NCBI GenBank assembly: GCA_963665815.1
Contig: OY762463.1
Coordinates: 1,440,001 to 1,504,000, forward strand
Origin: Candidatus Cloacimonadales bacterium
Lineage (GTDB): Bacteria; Cloacimonadota; Cloacimonadia; Cloacimonadales; JAIOQZ01
Direction of reading: 5' to 3'
Length of the DNA: 64,000 bases
Part shown: piece after piece, positions 31,308 to 42,265 of the stretch
Numbering within the stretch: the stretch's first letter is position 1
How the letters are laid out: each line of letters opens with the position of its first letter
The notes under the pieces: generated by a model
The model's input: the letters and a program-made list of their open reading frames with translations, nothing else
Told to the model about the DNA's origin: nothing
Database searches by the model: none
Program-made: the position numbers and the translations under genes

Positions 31308-31336
31308 AGCCTGTTGATTAATTCAGCAGGCTTTTG
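31308..31336 (+). terminator. Terminator after skp
   Basis: AGCCTGTTGA-TTAAT-TCAGCAGGCT-TTTG. Confidence 0.6.
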
Positions 31337-31340
31337 TTAT

Positions 31341-32054
31341 ATGAAAGAAACAGACCTTTTCCCGCCTGTAAAAACCTACCTTGAAAAGCATGGATATAAT
31401 GTACATGCTGAAGTTGGTAATTGCGATATCGTTGCTGCAAAGGATAACGAAACAATTATTCTCGAAATGAAACTGCAATTGTCAGTTAAGCTGTTATGTC
31501 AGGCTGTTATCAGACAAAAACTTGAATCGGCAGTCTATATTGTTATACCTCAGAAAAGAATCAGTAAACGGCAGGATTTCAAGGAGATTAAGTACCTTCT
31601 GAGACGACTGGAGATTGGTTTGATTACTGTTGATACATCCAATACAATTTCCCCGGTGAATATTATTTTCCATCCACAACCATATCAAAAGCGCAGTAAC
31701 AAAAGAAAACAAGTATGGATAAGAGAAGAAGTAGAGGCCCGAGGAGAAAACCATAATATTGCCGGAAGCAGCAGAATAAAAATAGTGACAGCCTACAGAA
31801 AAGAAGTAATCTATATAGCAACAGTATTAAAGATATGCGGTCCTTTAAAGATAAAAATGTTAAAAGAACTTGGTGGATCAAAAAAAACAGGATCTATCCT
31901 CAATAGTGATTTCTATAAGTGGTTTCGCAGAGTTGGTCATGCAACATATGAACTGACACCTGCAGGACATACCGGATTGGAAAGATTCGAAGAAATAAGT
32001 TCCGGATATGAGACGATGATTAAAGCTAAGCTGAACGAGTTAAATTATGAATAA
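31341..32054 (+). CDS. DUF2161 family putative PD-(D/E)XK phosphodiesterase
   Basis: MKETDLFPPVK..L...GY.V..EV..CDIVA, E.K, TAYR, WF.RV....YELT..G. Confidence 0.85.
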   Translation: MKETDLFPPVKTYLEKHGYNVHAEVGNCDIVAAKDNETIILEMKLQLSVKLLCQAVIRQKLESAVYIVIPQKRISKRQDFKEIKYLLRRLEIGLITVDTSNTISPVNIIFHPQPYQKRSNKRKQVWIREEVEARGENHNIAGSSRIKIVTAYRKEVIYIATVLKICGPLKIKMLKELGGSKKTGSILNSDFYKWFRRVGHATYELTPAGHTGLERFEEISSGYETMIKAKLNELNYE

Positions 32055-32637
32055 AATGATTTTTGAAATAGAGCAGTTCCTGCTGAATAATAAGCTTCAC
32101 CCGAGAAAAATGGGTAACACTCTGAAAGTCTTCAATCAGAATGAAGGTATAAAATTTGTGTTCTCAGAACATCCTGACTTCAAGTTTCTTACTAATTCTC
32201 TTAATCTTATTGATCAGGATACAGATGTCTATATTGTCGCATCAAATGCTTTTCCTCAGATAAACGAATTTTCAGAAATCTGCGGTAGACTCCGAGTAGG
32301 ACTTATATTATACGATTCGGCATCAACAGGACAAAAAATCAGAATCATATATCATAGTAAGCGGGAATCATCAAAACTATTCTTAAACAAGCTTCAATTC
32401 ATTACTCCCGGCACTGCTGACATCATTACAGATCTTCGTAGAGAATCAATAATCATTGCTAAGATATTGCTGAATTATGGAGCAGTAAAACCTGCAAAAC
32501 TCAGGGCTGAAGGAGCAAAGGGAAATATACTTAAAATCCTTGCTAAAAACAGCTACGGATGGTTTGTGAGAACTACAGGTGACAAATATGCTCTTTCAGA
32601 AAAAGGTAAGAAAGAAATTGATTTCTTTAAGGAATAG
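32047..32637 (+). CDS. Diverged DUF2161 paralog
   Basis: RLRVGLI, ITDLRRESI.IA..L..YG, IL.KNSYGWF.R....YALSEKG match the upstream gene's C-half; the N-terminal nuclease motif is not evident. Confidence 0.65.
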   Translation: MNKMIFEIEQFLLNNKLHPRKMGNTLKVFNQNEGIKFVFSEHPDFKFLTNSLNLIDQDTDVYIVASNAFPQINEFSEICGRLRVGLILYDSASTGQKIRIIYHSKRESSKLFLNKLQFITPGTADIITDLRRESIIIAKILLNYGAVKPAKLRAEGAKGNILKILAKNSYGWFVRTTGDKYALSEKGKKEIDFFKE

Positions 32638-32638
32638 T

Positions 32639-33400
32639 CTAACTGAATCTTGCAATCAAAAGATCGAATGCACCAGCCAGCTTTAGTACAGCAACAACAA
32701 TTGATACCATAATCACGTATTTAATGAACTTATCACCTTTCTTGATTGCAGAATGAACACCAATCTGTCCACCAATAATATTTCCTATTCCCAATGGAAT
32801 TGCGTAAGTCCAGTTGATCTTCCCGGACACGATGAAAATTGAAAGTGCTATAACTGTATAAATCATGATAATATTAAGTTTTAAGGCGTTTATCTCCAGC
32901 AGATCCATATCATCCATTATAAATTGCAGAACAGCAATAAGCAGTAAACCAACACCAAGTTGAATGAATCCACCATAGAATCCTGCGATAAAAAGCAGCA
33001 CATAATGCCAGAAACGAGATTTAGTATGATGAGACAGTTTCTTCTTATTTGGCATGAAGTTCATGATGATCACAAACACAAGAACAACTATCAGAACTTT
33101 ATCGAATACTGCAGCTGAAACATACTTTGCCAGCAGTGTACCACAGATACCTCCAATAATTACAGGGGCAACAATGTACTTCTTTTCCTTTATGGGGACT
33201 ATCCCATGTCTGTACAAAGAAAAGAGGCTTGTAATTTTGTGAGAGAATATTCCAACTCTGTTTGTTGCGTTTGCTATATTTGAAGGAAGCCCGAACATTA
33301 TCATAAATGTAAGAGAAAAAACAGAGCCTCCCCCGGACATTGTGTTAATAAATCCGGCAATACCTCCACCTATAACCAAAAGTATAAATTGTAATATCAT
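32639..33400 (-). CDS. Sulfite exporter TauE/SafE (TSUP) family
   Basis: AGFINTMSGGGS, ANATNR, GFYGGFIQLGVG. Confidence 0.9.
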   Translation of the reverse strand: MILQFILLVIGGGIAGFINTMSGGGSVFSLTFMIMFGLPSNIANATNRVGIFSHKITSLFSLYRHGIVPIKEKKYIVAPVIIGGICGTLLAKYVSAAVFDKVLIVVLVFVIIMNFMPNKKKLSHHTKSRFWHYVLLFIAGFYGGFIQLGVGLLLIAVLQFIMDDMDLLEINALKLNIIMIYTVIALSIFIVSGKINWTYAIPLGIGNIIGGQIGVHSAIKKGDKFIKYVIMVSIVVAVLKLAGAFDLLIARFS

Positions 33401-35121
33401 GATTTTCCGTATAAATAATCTAAAGTTTTAAGCATCCCGGCTTTCTTCAAGGCTTCAATAACATATTTCTTGTTACCTTTCTTGTACCACTGCACCAATG
33501 CTTTCATTAAACGGATCTCGCGACCTTTAGGATTGTTGATTTTCCTTCCGGTCTCAAAATCCTGACCTGTGAAATACATGCAGGTACTAACAGTCATTGG
33601 AGTAGGAGTAAACTCCTGAACCTGTTCAATCTTCATTCTATTCTTCCTAAGGAACACTGCCAAATCAACAGTATCCTTAAGAGTCTCCCCCGGATGACCT
33701 ACAATGAGGTATGGAATAACAAACTGTTTTTTACCTGCCTGAAGAGAAAATTTAGTGAACAGTTCAGTGAACAGTTCATACTGACTAATCCCGGGTTTAT
33801 ACATGTATTTCAGAACCCTTCCCGCAACATGCTCGGGCGCAAGTTTGAGATATCCTCCCGTACACTCCGCAGCAAGCAATTTGATAAAATCGTATGATTT
33901 AAGCCCCAGATCAAATCTTACTCCGGAAGACACTCTCACGTGAACTCCTGTCCTGAGCAGAGATTTCAATAGCTTCACGTATGATCTGTGGTCAGTATTA
34001 AGGTACTGACAAACATCAGGATACAAGCATGACCGTCTGTTGCATTCTTGACTGTTTGTGCATCCGGTACCATACATATTAGCTGTTGGACCTCCGGCAT
34101 CTGTTATTGTCCCGGAAAATCCACTTCGATTTATCAGGTTGCGTGCTTCCTGCATAACTGAATCCATGGATCTGGATTGAATATGTTTTCCCTGATGTGC
34201 TCCGATAGCACAAAAATTACATCCCCCGTAACACCCTCTATGTACTGTCAGGGAGTCTTTTATCTGTTCAAAAGCTGTAATCTTACCCTTGTTTTCAGGG
34301 TGTGGTCTATATTGAAAAGGCAGGCCATACAATCGATCCATTTCTTTTATAGTCAAAGGTTTTGCAGGAGTATTATGTTTTAGGTAGCGTCCTGCAAAAG
34401 CGATATAGAACTCATGATGCAGATGATTCCTGTAGAACAACTCGGTCATTTTCAGGAAACCTGCTTTTGTTTTGCACACATCAAATTCAGGAAGAAGAAT
34501 TGCATTTTCCGGGATATCTTTCACAAATTCGACAGTTCCGGGAATTGAGCAAAGCATCTCTTCATTCTTTTTTTTCTCAGCTATTTCCAGAATCTGCCTC
34601 TCGCCCATGCCGTATACAAGAAGATCTGCTCTGGAATCAAGAAGGACAGAATTTCGGATTTTGTCACTCCAGTAATCATAATGAGGTATTCTTCGCAAGC
34701 TGGCTTCAATTCCACCTATAACAATACATGAATCTTTAAACAATGCCCTTATTTTCTGAGAGTACTTGATTAAAGCTCGGTCTGGTCTTGTGTATTTCTT
34801 TTTTTCCGGAGTATATGCATCAGATGAACGAATCTTTTTCTGTGCGGTATACTTGTTAATCATCGAATCCATGTTCCCGGACGATATTCCAAAGAAGAGT
34901 CGTGGTTTCCCCAGCTTAAGAAAATCGTCATCTCCGGCAACATCTGGTTGAGATATTATTCCTACAGAATAACCTTCTGCTTCCAGTAATCTTCCAAGAA
35001 GTGCTATACCGAAAGAGGGATGATCAATATATGCATCACCTGTTATCAGGATAATATCGAATTGCTTTTCAGCGTTCTTTTTAGTAGATAGAAATTTATC
35101 TGAAGTTCTTACCAGAGTCAT
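33397..35121 (-). CDS. ygiQ: YgiQ (UPF0313) family radical SAM protein
   Basis: ITGDAYIDHPSFG, GGIEASLRR, HRGCYGGCNFC, GGPTANMY, LAPEH. Confidence 0.92.
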   Translation of the reverse strand: MTLVRTSDKFLSTKKNAEKQFDIILITGDAYIDHPSFGIALLGRLLEAEGYSVGIISQPDVAGDDDFLKLGKPRLFFGISSGNMDSMINKYTAQKKIRSSDAYTPEKKKYTRPDRALIKYSQKIRALFKDSCIVIGGIEASLRRIPHYDYWSDKIRNSVLLDSRADLLVYGMGERQILEIAEKKKNEEMLCSIPGTVEFVKDIPENAILLPEFDVCKTKAGFLKMTELFYRNHLHHEFYIAFAGRYLKHNTPAKPLTIKEMDRLYGLPFQYRPHPENKGKITAFEQIKDSLTVHRGCYGGCNFCAIGAHQGKHIQSRSMDSVMQEARNLINRSGFSGTITDAGGPTANMYGTGCTNSQECNRRSCLYPDVCQYLNTDHRSYVKLLKSLLRTGVHVRVSSGVRFDLGLKSYDFIKLLAAECTGGYLKLAPEHVAGRVLKYMYKPGISQYELFTELFTKFSLQAGKKQFVIPYLIVGHPGETLKDTVDLAVFLRKNRMKIEQVQEFTPTPMTVSTCMYFTGQDFETGRKINNPKGREIRLMKALVQWYKKGNKKYVIEALKKAGMLKTLDYLYGKS

Positions 35122-35348
35122 TAATATCTGTCATTAACAGGATTAAGCCTTATAATGTTTATAGCTTGAACGCCTTTTTCAGTATCTATGAGGTCAAATT
35201 CAACTTCTTCGTCCTGAACAAGTGTCTTGAGTTCGCTTGGAGACTGAGTTACAATTGATTTCCAGTGTACGAAGTATTCACTTTTTTCTTCAGTTATTAT
35301 AAAACCGTAGCCCTTGTTTGCATTAAACCATTTTACTTTTCCGTTCAT
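35121..35348 (-). CDS. Cold-shock domain protein
   Basis: GKVKWFN..KGYGFI, FVHWKSI. Confidence 0.92.
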   Translation of the reverse strand: MNGKVKWFNANKGYGFIITEEKSEYFVHWKSIVTQSPSELKTLVQDEEVEFDLIDTEKGVQAINIIRLNPVNDRY

Positions 35349-35369
35349 TTTATTCCTTTTGTTATGGTA

Positions 35370-35395
35370 GAACGGCTCTCGAACGAGAGCCGTTC
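35370..35395. terminator. Stem-loop after ppdK
   Basis: GAACGGCTCTC-GAAC-GAGAGCCGTTC. Confidence 0.6.
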
Positions 35396-35407
35396 AATTA
35401 AATAATT

Positions 35408-38128
35408 CTATAAAGCTGCTTGAGCTGCAGCAAGTCTTGCTATTGGTACTCTATAAGGAGAGCAGCTAACGTAGTTCATACCAACTTTGTGGCAGAATGT
35501 TACTGATTGTGGTTCTCCACCGTGCTCACCACAGATTCCGACTTTAAGGTTTTCGCGTGTTGAACGACCTTTTTTAGTTCCCATTTCAACGAGTTGACCA
35601 ACACCTGTTTGATCAAGAACCTGGAACGGATCGTTTTTAAGGATTCCTTTTTCGAGATAGATAGGAAGGAATTTTCCAGCATCATCTCTGGAGTATCCAA
35701 ATGTCATTTGAGTAAGGTCGTTTGTACCGAATGAGAAGAATTCTGCTTCTTCAGCTACTTCATCAGCTGTAAGCGCAGCTCTAGGAATCTCAATCATTGT
35801 TCCAACCATATAATCGATTTTATCATTTCTTTCCGCAAATACTTTGTTGACTTCTTCAACAATTATTTGTTTCTGCAAAACAAACTCAGCTTTTGTACCA
35901 ATAAGCGGAACCATAATTTCAGGTAATGCTTTAATGCCTTTTGCTTTTACATTAAGAGCTGCTTCGATAATAGCTCTTGCCTGCATTCTTGTAATTTCAG
36001 GATATGTATTACCAAGACGGCATCCTCTATGCCCAAGCATAGGATTGAATTCAGCAAGTGATTCAACTTTATCTTTTACCTGTTGAACTGTGATGTTAAG
36101 TTCATCAGCCATAATTTGCTGGTTTTCATCTTCGTGAGGTACAAATTCGTGAAGAGGAGGATCAAGAAGTCTTACTGTAACAGGAAGTCCGTTCATTGCT
36201 TCAAAGATACCTTCAAAGTCGCTTCTCTGCATTGGAAGAAGCTTTTCGAGAGCAACTTCTCTTCCTGCTAAATCATCAGCGAGAATCATTTCTCTAACAG
36301 CTTTGATTCTGTCACCTTCGAAGAACATGTGTTCTGTACGGCAAAGACCGATACCTTGAGCTCCAAAGTTTCTTGCAACTTGTGAATCGTGAGGAGTATC
36401 TGCATTAGTTCTTACATGCATTTTTGTATATTTGTCACAGATATCCATGAGTTTTCCGAAATCTCCACCAAGCTCAGGATCTTTTGTGTCGATTTTGCCT
36501 GAATAAACTTCACCGGTTGAACCGTTAAGTGAAATCCAGTCACCTTCGTTATATGTTTTACCATCACAAATCATAGTTCTGGTTTTGTAATTGATTTTTA
36601 CAGATCCAGCTCCTGAAACGCAACATTTGCCCATTCCACGTGCAACAACCGCTGCGTGAGATGTCATACCACCACGTGCGGTGAGGATACCCTTAGCTAC
36701 ATTCATTCCTTTCAAATCTTCAGGTGATGTTTCGATTCTTACGAGAACAACATCTTTATTATCAGCGACCCATTCTTCTGCTTCATCAGCGAAAAATACA
36801 ATCTGACCAGTAGCCGCACCAGGTGATGCAGGAAGACCCTTGGCAATAACATCTGCTTTCGCAAGAGCATCTGTGTCAAATACAGGGTGAAGAAGTTCAT
36901 CAAGTTTATTTGGTTCAACTCTTTTAAGAGCTGTTTTTTCGTCGATCATACCTTCATCAAGCATGTCCATAGCGATTGAAACCATAGCAGCACCGGTTCT
37001 TTTTCCGGTTCTTGTCTGGAGTAACCACAGTTTTCCATCCTGAATAGTAAACTCAAGATCCTGCATATCTTTATAGTGATCTTCAAGTTTTCTCTGGATT
37101 TCATCAAGTTCTTTATATGACTCAGGCATAACTTCTTCGAGTGAAGGGAAGTTTTTAGCTCTTTCTTCTTCAGAAACCTGTGCTAACACAGCCCATCTTT
37201 TGGCGCCTTCAAGAGTAATTTGTTGTGGAGTTCTGATACCTGCAACAACATCTTCACCCTGAGCGTTTATCAGAAATTCACCGTTGAAAAGATTTTCACC
37301 GGTTCCAGCGTCTCTTGTAAATGCAACACCGGTAGCACTGCTGTTACCCATGTTTCCGTAAACCATTGACTGAACGTTTACAGCTGTTCCCCACTCTCCG
37401 GGGATCTTGTTGATTAATCTGTAATATTCCGCTCTTTCATTATTCCAGCTTTCGAATACTGCGAAGACTGCTCCCCAGAGCTGATCCCAAGGTGATGACG
37501 GGAAGTCTGACCCTGTTTGTTCTTTAACAGCTTTCTTGAATCTCAGAACAAGTTCTTTTAGATCTTCTGTTGTGAGTTCAATATCTTCTTCAACATTCTT
37601 TTCTTCTTTAATGTTTTCAATAATTTCTTCAAATGGATCGATGTCTTCTTTTGACTCAGGTTTCATACCAAGTACAACATCTCCGTACATTTGAACAAAA
37701 CGTCTGTAGGAATCCCAGGCAAATCTTGGATTACCTGATTTTTCAGAAAGACCTTCAACAACTTCGTCGTTCATACCAAGATTAAGGACAGTGTCCATCA
37801 TTCCCGGCATTGATACTCTTGCACCGGAACGAACAGATACGAGTAAAGGATTAATTTTATCACCGAATTTTGCTCCCATTATTTCTTCAACATGAGCAAT
37901 AGCTTTTTCAACTTCAGGTTTTAAAAGTTCAGTAACTTTTTCTTTACCAATAGTATTAAACTCTGTACATACTTCTGTTGTAATTGTGAAACCTGCAGGT
38001 ACAGGAACCCCGATAAGGTTCATTTCCGCAAGATTTGCACCTTTACCACCGAGAAGATTCTTCATTTCTGTTTTACCTTCGGCTTTTCCGTTACCAAATA
38101 GATAAACTCTTTTTTGAGTTTCGTTCAT
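35408..38128 (-). CDS. ppdK: Pyruvate, phosphate dikinase
   Basis: LLGGKGANLAEM, GGMTSHAAVVARG, FSFGTNDLTQ, GICGEHGG. Confidence 0.98.
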   Translation of the reverse strand: MNETQKRVYLFGNGKAEGKTEMKNLLGGKGANLAEMNLIGVPVPAGFTITTEVCTEFNTIGKEKVTELLKPEVEKAIAHVEEIMGAKFGDKINPLLVSVRSGARVSMPGMMDTVLNLGMNDEVVEGLSEKSGNPRFAWDSYRRFVQMYGDVVLGMKPESKEDIDPFEEIIENIKEEKNVEEDIELTTEDLKELVLRFKKAVKEQTGSDFPSSPWDQLWGAVFAVFESWNNERAEYYRLINKIPGEWGTAVNVQSMVYGNMGNSSATGVAFTRDAGTGENLFNGEFLINAQGEDVVAGIRTPQQITLEGAKRWAVLAQVSEEERAKNFPSLEEVMPESYKELDEIQRKLEDHYKDMQDLEFTIQDGKLWLLQTRTGKRTGAAMVSIAMDMLDEGMIDEKTALKRVEPNKLDELLHPVFDTDALAKADVIAKGLPASPGAATGQIVFFADEAEEWVADNKDVVLVRIETSPEDLKGMNVAKGILTARGGMTSHAAVVARGMGKCCVSGAGSVKINYKTRTMICDGKTYNEGDWISLNGSTGEVYSGKIDTKDPELGGDFGKLMDICDKYTKMHVRTNADTPHDSQVARNFGAQGIGLCRTEHMFFEGDRIKAVREMILADDLAGREVALEKLLPMQRSDFEGIFEAMNGLPVTVRLLDPPLHEFVPHEDENQQIMADELNITVQQVKDKVESLAEFNPMLGHRGCRLGNTYPEITRMQARAIIEAALNVKAKGIKALPEIMVPLIGTKAEFVLQKQIIVEEVNKVFAERNDKIDYMVGTMIEIPRAALTADEVAEEAEFFSFGTNDLTQMTFGYSRDDAGKFLPIYLEKGILKNDPFQVLDQTGVGQLVEMGTKKGRSTRENLKVGICGEHGGEPQSVTFCHKVGMNYVSCSPYRVPIARLAAAQAAL

Positions 38129-38581
38129 TTTTCCTCCAAGTGATTATTTATTAAAACTTTAAATATCATTGTTTTTTGCACGGTTAAATTAAGTTTACCC
38201 TTTTCTGTGTCAAGGGAATATTTACCATCTGTTTATGTTTCAATAACTAAAAAAAACTATCACTTAATTCTTCAGTGCAATTTCATTTACGACATTCATT
38301 TATTTGAATAGCTAATAGTTATCTCTATGTATGATCACAAATTAAACGCTTATACAATGATAATATTACAAAATATTCGAATAACACAAATCAATTATTC
38401 TTTTAACACTGTTTTTTTGTTTATAATTAATATTTAGTTATTTTGGGGTTAATTTTGACATTCATACTTCCGGAACATACATTATAGATAAATGAAATTA
38501 GTTGACAAAATGTATCATTATGTTTAGTAAATGATAATTTTGTATAATTAGGATATAAACAAAAAATAGACAGGTCTTACA

Positions 38582-41500
38582 ATGACATTAAAAAAAACTA
38601 TCATAATATCTTTGTTTTTGATATTAATTGTTAGCTTGAACTGCAACATATCTCTGACAGACGAAGAAAAACTTTTTCTAAGTGAAAAACAGGAAATTGT
38701 TTTTGTCGGGCAAACAAATTATCCACCTTTTGAGTTCATTAATGAAAATAACATGTATGATGGAATGATTATAGAGCAAATCAGATGGATCAGTACAGAA
38801 CTGGGATTTAAAGCTGTTTTTACTCATAAATCATTCTCGGAAGCACAAGCTGATGTCCTTTCGGGAAAAGCAGATGTAATCTCAAGCTTTTTCTACAGCG
38901 AAAAGCGTGACGAGGATTTCGACTTCACAGAAACAATTTATGATGTTCCGGCAATCATTTTCGTCAAAAAAGAAAGAACAGACATAAAAGATATTGCAGA
39001 CTTGAACAATAAAATTATAGCCATTCAAAAAGGTGACTACGCTGAAGAATATCTTAACAGCATGAACGTTCAGCATCGAGTATTATGGACCGACGACTTT
39101 GAAGAAGCATTATTCAGCGTTATTGACGGAACTGCTGATGCAATAATAGGTGACGAACAGATTGTACTTTATGAAATCTATAAGCAAAGACTGACTGACA
39201 AAATCAAAACCGTTGGCAGCCCTCTTTACATTGGACAGGACTGTATGGCTGTTAAAGAAGGAAACACAATTTTAGTAGACATCCTGAAAAAGGGGATTAA
39301 GCATTCTAAAGATTCCGGAGTATATGCAAGAATCTATCAAAAATGGTTAGGTACTTCATTGAATCAGCAAAGTGACTTATGGGGCAAATATGCTAATACT
39401 ATAATTTACATCTCATTATTCATTATCTGTGTTTTCATTATAGCATTCATCTGGATAAAAAAACTGAAGATAGAAGTACATAAAAGAACTGTACAGTTAT
39501 CAACTGTTAACGAGGAGTTGAAACGAGAAATTGAAGAAAATTCAAAAGTTACTGAAAAGCTGTTTGAAAATGAGATGAAATTCAGAAACCTGAGTGAGCA
39601 AATGATGAATGGTGTTGCAGTTGTCAGAAATAACAGGTACATTTGGGTTAACAGCACATTTGAAACTGTAACAGGATTATCCAGAGATCAACTGATTGAC
39701 AACGAGCACAGAATATTCCGTTTCCCAAAAAACAGAATAGATTCCGACCTTGTTAAATGGAATGATATTGTGAAGCACCATGAAGGAAAAACTTTTGAGG
39801 CCGAAGTAATGACAAGAGATGAAAAAATTTATGTCGATATTTCAATGAAAACTATTACTTTTGGCAAAGAATCCGCAATACAGATAATTATATCAGACAT
39901 TACAGCCCGTAAAAATGCCGAGTTAAAATTAATAGACATTTCGGATAAGAACAAAGCACTGCTTGACTCAATTCCGGACCTTATGTTCGTACATGATATT
40001 GATGGAAAGATAATAGATTTTAATTCAAAGGGAAATACTGTACTGTTACTTCCAGAAAGAGATGTAATTAATACTGACTTATCTGATCTTCCGCTTTCAA
40101 ACGAAACAATTGAACTTGTAATAGAAAATATCAGAGAGGCATTAAGAACCGGAGAAACCCAAACCGTCCGATATAGTTTTTCTTTAAATAGCAATGAAAT
40201 GTACTATGAAGCAAAAATCAGCCGACTTAACGATACTCAGGCGTTATCGCTTGTTAGGGATGTTACTCAAACAATGGAGTTACTGGAAGCTGTTGAGAAA
40301 GACAGAGAGTTTCTTTCCGTTACATTAGATTCTATCGGTGATGCGGTTATAATATGCGATACAAACGGAAACATCCTTTTGCTGAATAAAGTAGCAGAAG
40401 ATCTTACAGGATTCTACCGAAGTGAATGTGAAGGATCAAATCTTGAAGAAGTATTTAAAGTCGTTAACAACAAAACAGGCAATACAATTATCAGTCCGGT
40501 CAGAAAAGTACTTGATACAGGCAAAATCCAAGGAGTTCAGGATAGCTCCATACTCATTTCACGAACTGGCAGAAAGTACTCAATATCTACTAATGCTGCT
40601 CCAATTGTTACAAAAGACGGTAATATTCTGGGAGTTGTACTGGTGTTCAGAGATGAAACCCAGAAAAGAAGAATAGAAGAAGAAGCCAGCAAGGCTCAGA
40701 AACTGGAATCTATTGGAATTCTTGCAGGCGGTATAGCCCACGACTTTAATAACATACTGACTGCTATTAATGGAAACATATCTCTGGCAAGACTCATTGA
40801 GGATGAAGAAAAAAAAGGGAAGTACCTTTCTCACGCAGAAAAAGCCGTTGAACAAGCCAAGAAACTGTCCATGCAGCTTCTTACATTTTCCAAAGGTGGG
40901 GATCCAATAAGAGAAACTGTTTCCATAAAAGAGATTATTGAAGATTCTGCCGGATTTGTTCTGCGAGGATCAAAAGTAAAATGCAATCTGACTTTTCAGG
41001 AAGATCTGAAACCGGCCTCACTCGATAAGGGACAGTTCAGTCAAGTTATACAGAACATTGTTCTCAATGCTAATCAAGCAATGCCTGATGGCGGATCCAT
41101 AGATATAAAAGCATCAAATGCAATCCTTTCAGATAGTAATGATTATGCTCTTGCCGGAGGTGACTACGTAAAAATAGAGATTCGTGATTCAGGAGGCGGT
41201 ATATCTCAAGAAAACCTGGAAAAGATATTCGATCCTTATTTCACTACAAAAACAGATGGACATGGACTCGGATTGGCAATTGTGTATTCAATTATAAAGA
41301 AACATCATGGTCTAATTACATTTGAATCCATAGTCGGACATGGAACAATCGTGACAATATTGCTCCCATCAGCAGACAAGAAATTTGAGAGAATCGATGA
41401 AGAACCTGACACAACGCCTGACGGGAAAGGACATATCCTTATTATGGATGATAATGATGACGTTCGGGCAATTATCGGAAGCTCTCTCAACTACTTAGGG

Positions 41501-41830
41501 TATACCTATTCTGAAGCTGACGATGGACTGGCAGCAATAGAAATCTATAAAAAAACATTGAATTCCTCTAAGAGATTCGATGCAGTATTGATGGACCTTA
41601 CTGTTCCTGGTGGCATGTCCGGAAAAGAAGCTGTTCAGGAGATACTTAAAATTGACCCCAATGCGCAAGTTATTGTTATAAGTGGCTATTCCCGCGATCC
41701 TATATTAGCCAATTACAGCGACTACGGTTTTGTGGGCAAACTGGTTAAACCTTTCCAGATGCAGGAGATGAAAGAAGTTCTGAATAAAGTTATTAAGAAG
41801 GATGAAATGCATCAAAATCCCCAGTTGTAA
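38582..41830 (+). CDS. Hybrid sensor histidine kinase (SBP_bac_3 sensor, 3 PAS, HisKA, HATPase, REC)
   Basis: NYPPFEF, GGIAHDFNNIL, FDPYFTTK..GHGLGL, ILIMDD...MDLTVPGG...KPF. Confidence 0.93.
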   Translation: MTLKKTIIISLFLILIVSLNCNISLTDEEKLFLSEKQEIVFVGQTNYPPFEFINENNMYDGMIIEQIRWISTELGFKAVFTHKSFSEAQADVLSGKADVISSFFYSEKRDEDFDFTETIYDVPAIIFVKKERTDIKDIADLNNKIIAIQKGDYAEEYLNSMNVQHRVLWTDDFEEALFSVIDGTADAIIGDEQIVLYEIYKQRLTDKIKTVGSPLYIGQDCMAVKEGNTILVDILKKGIKHSKDSGVYARIYQKWLGTSLNQQSDLWGKYANTIIYISLFIICVFIIAFIWIKKLKIEVHKRTVQLSTVNEELKREIEENSKVTEKLFENEMKFRNLSEQMMNGVAVVRNNRYIWVNSTFETVTGLSRDQLIDNEHRIFRFPKNRIDSDLVKWNDIVKHHEGKTFEAEVMTRDEKIYVDISMKTITFGKESAIQIIISDITARKNAELKLIDISDKNKALLDSIPDLMFVHDIDGKIIDFNSKGNTVLLLPERDVINTDLSDLPLSNETIELVIENIREALRTGETQTVRYSFSLNSNEMYYEAKISRLNDTQALSLVRDVTQTMELLEAVEKDREFLSVTLDSIGDAVIICDTNGNILLLNKVAEDLTGFYRSECEGSNLEEVFKVVNNKTGNTIISPVRKVLDTGKIQGVQDSSILISRTGRKYSISTNAAPIVTKDGNILGVVLVFRDETQKRRIEEEASKAQKLESIGILAGGIAHDFNNILTAINGNISLARLIEDEEKKGKYLSHAEKAVEQAKKLSMQLLTFSKGGDPIRETVSIKEIIEDSAGFVLRGSKVKCNLTFQEDLKPASLDKGQFSQVIQNIVLNANQAMPDGGSIDIKASNAILSDSNDYALAGGDYVKIEIRDSGGGISQENLEKIFDPYFTTKTDGHGLGLAIVYSIIKKHHGLITFESIVGHGTIVTILLPSADKKFERIDEEPDTTPDGKGHILIMDDNDDVRAIIGSSLNYLGYTYSEADDGLAAIEIYKKTLNSSKRFDAVLMDLTVPGGMSGKEAVQEILKIDPNAQVIVISGYSRDPILANYSDYGFVGKLVKPFQMQEMKEVLNKVIKKDEMHQNPQL

Positions 41831-42049
41831 AGAAACGAAATATTGTGTCTCTACATTGGCGATGTGAAACATCTCTATTAATTCTCCTCCCATAGTGTTC
41901 TCGATCTATCGAGAATACCAGAAACAAGTGGAGGAGTACTCTGCTTGTGGTGGGAGGTAGTTTATATCACAATTTGATTATGTGTTACCTATGTCCCGTT
42001 TGCACACAAAATCATTGACACGACTAATCTAATTTATGAACTCATAAAC

Positions 42050-42265
42050 ATGAAACTATGGTATAATCCCGAACTTAAAGAAAAAGCAAAGATGTTGAGA
42101 AGTAATTCAACGTTGGCAGAAGTACTTTTCTGGAACCAGTTAAGGGACAAGAAATTATGGTATGATTTTCACCGACAGAAACCAATCGACTATTATATTG
42201 TGGATTTCTATTGCCCGAAGTTGAATCTTATAATCGAAATTGACGATTCCGATTACAAAGATTAA
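42050..42265 (+). pseudogene. Truncated DUF559 (Vsr-like endonuclease) gene, copy 1
   Basis: LKEKAKMLRSNSTLAEVLFWNQLR...FHRQKPIDYYIVDFYC...IIEIDD*. Lacks the EIDG..H and GxxVLRF half; ends at a REP doublet. Confidence 0.8.

Noticed and set aside
38130-38580. 450-bp very AT-rich gap between ppdK and the kinase as an ncRNA or origin
   Set aside because: Explained by divergent promoters (e.g. TTGACA at 38502); no DnaA-box cluster or stable structure seen.
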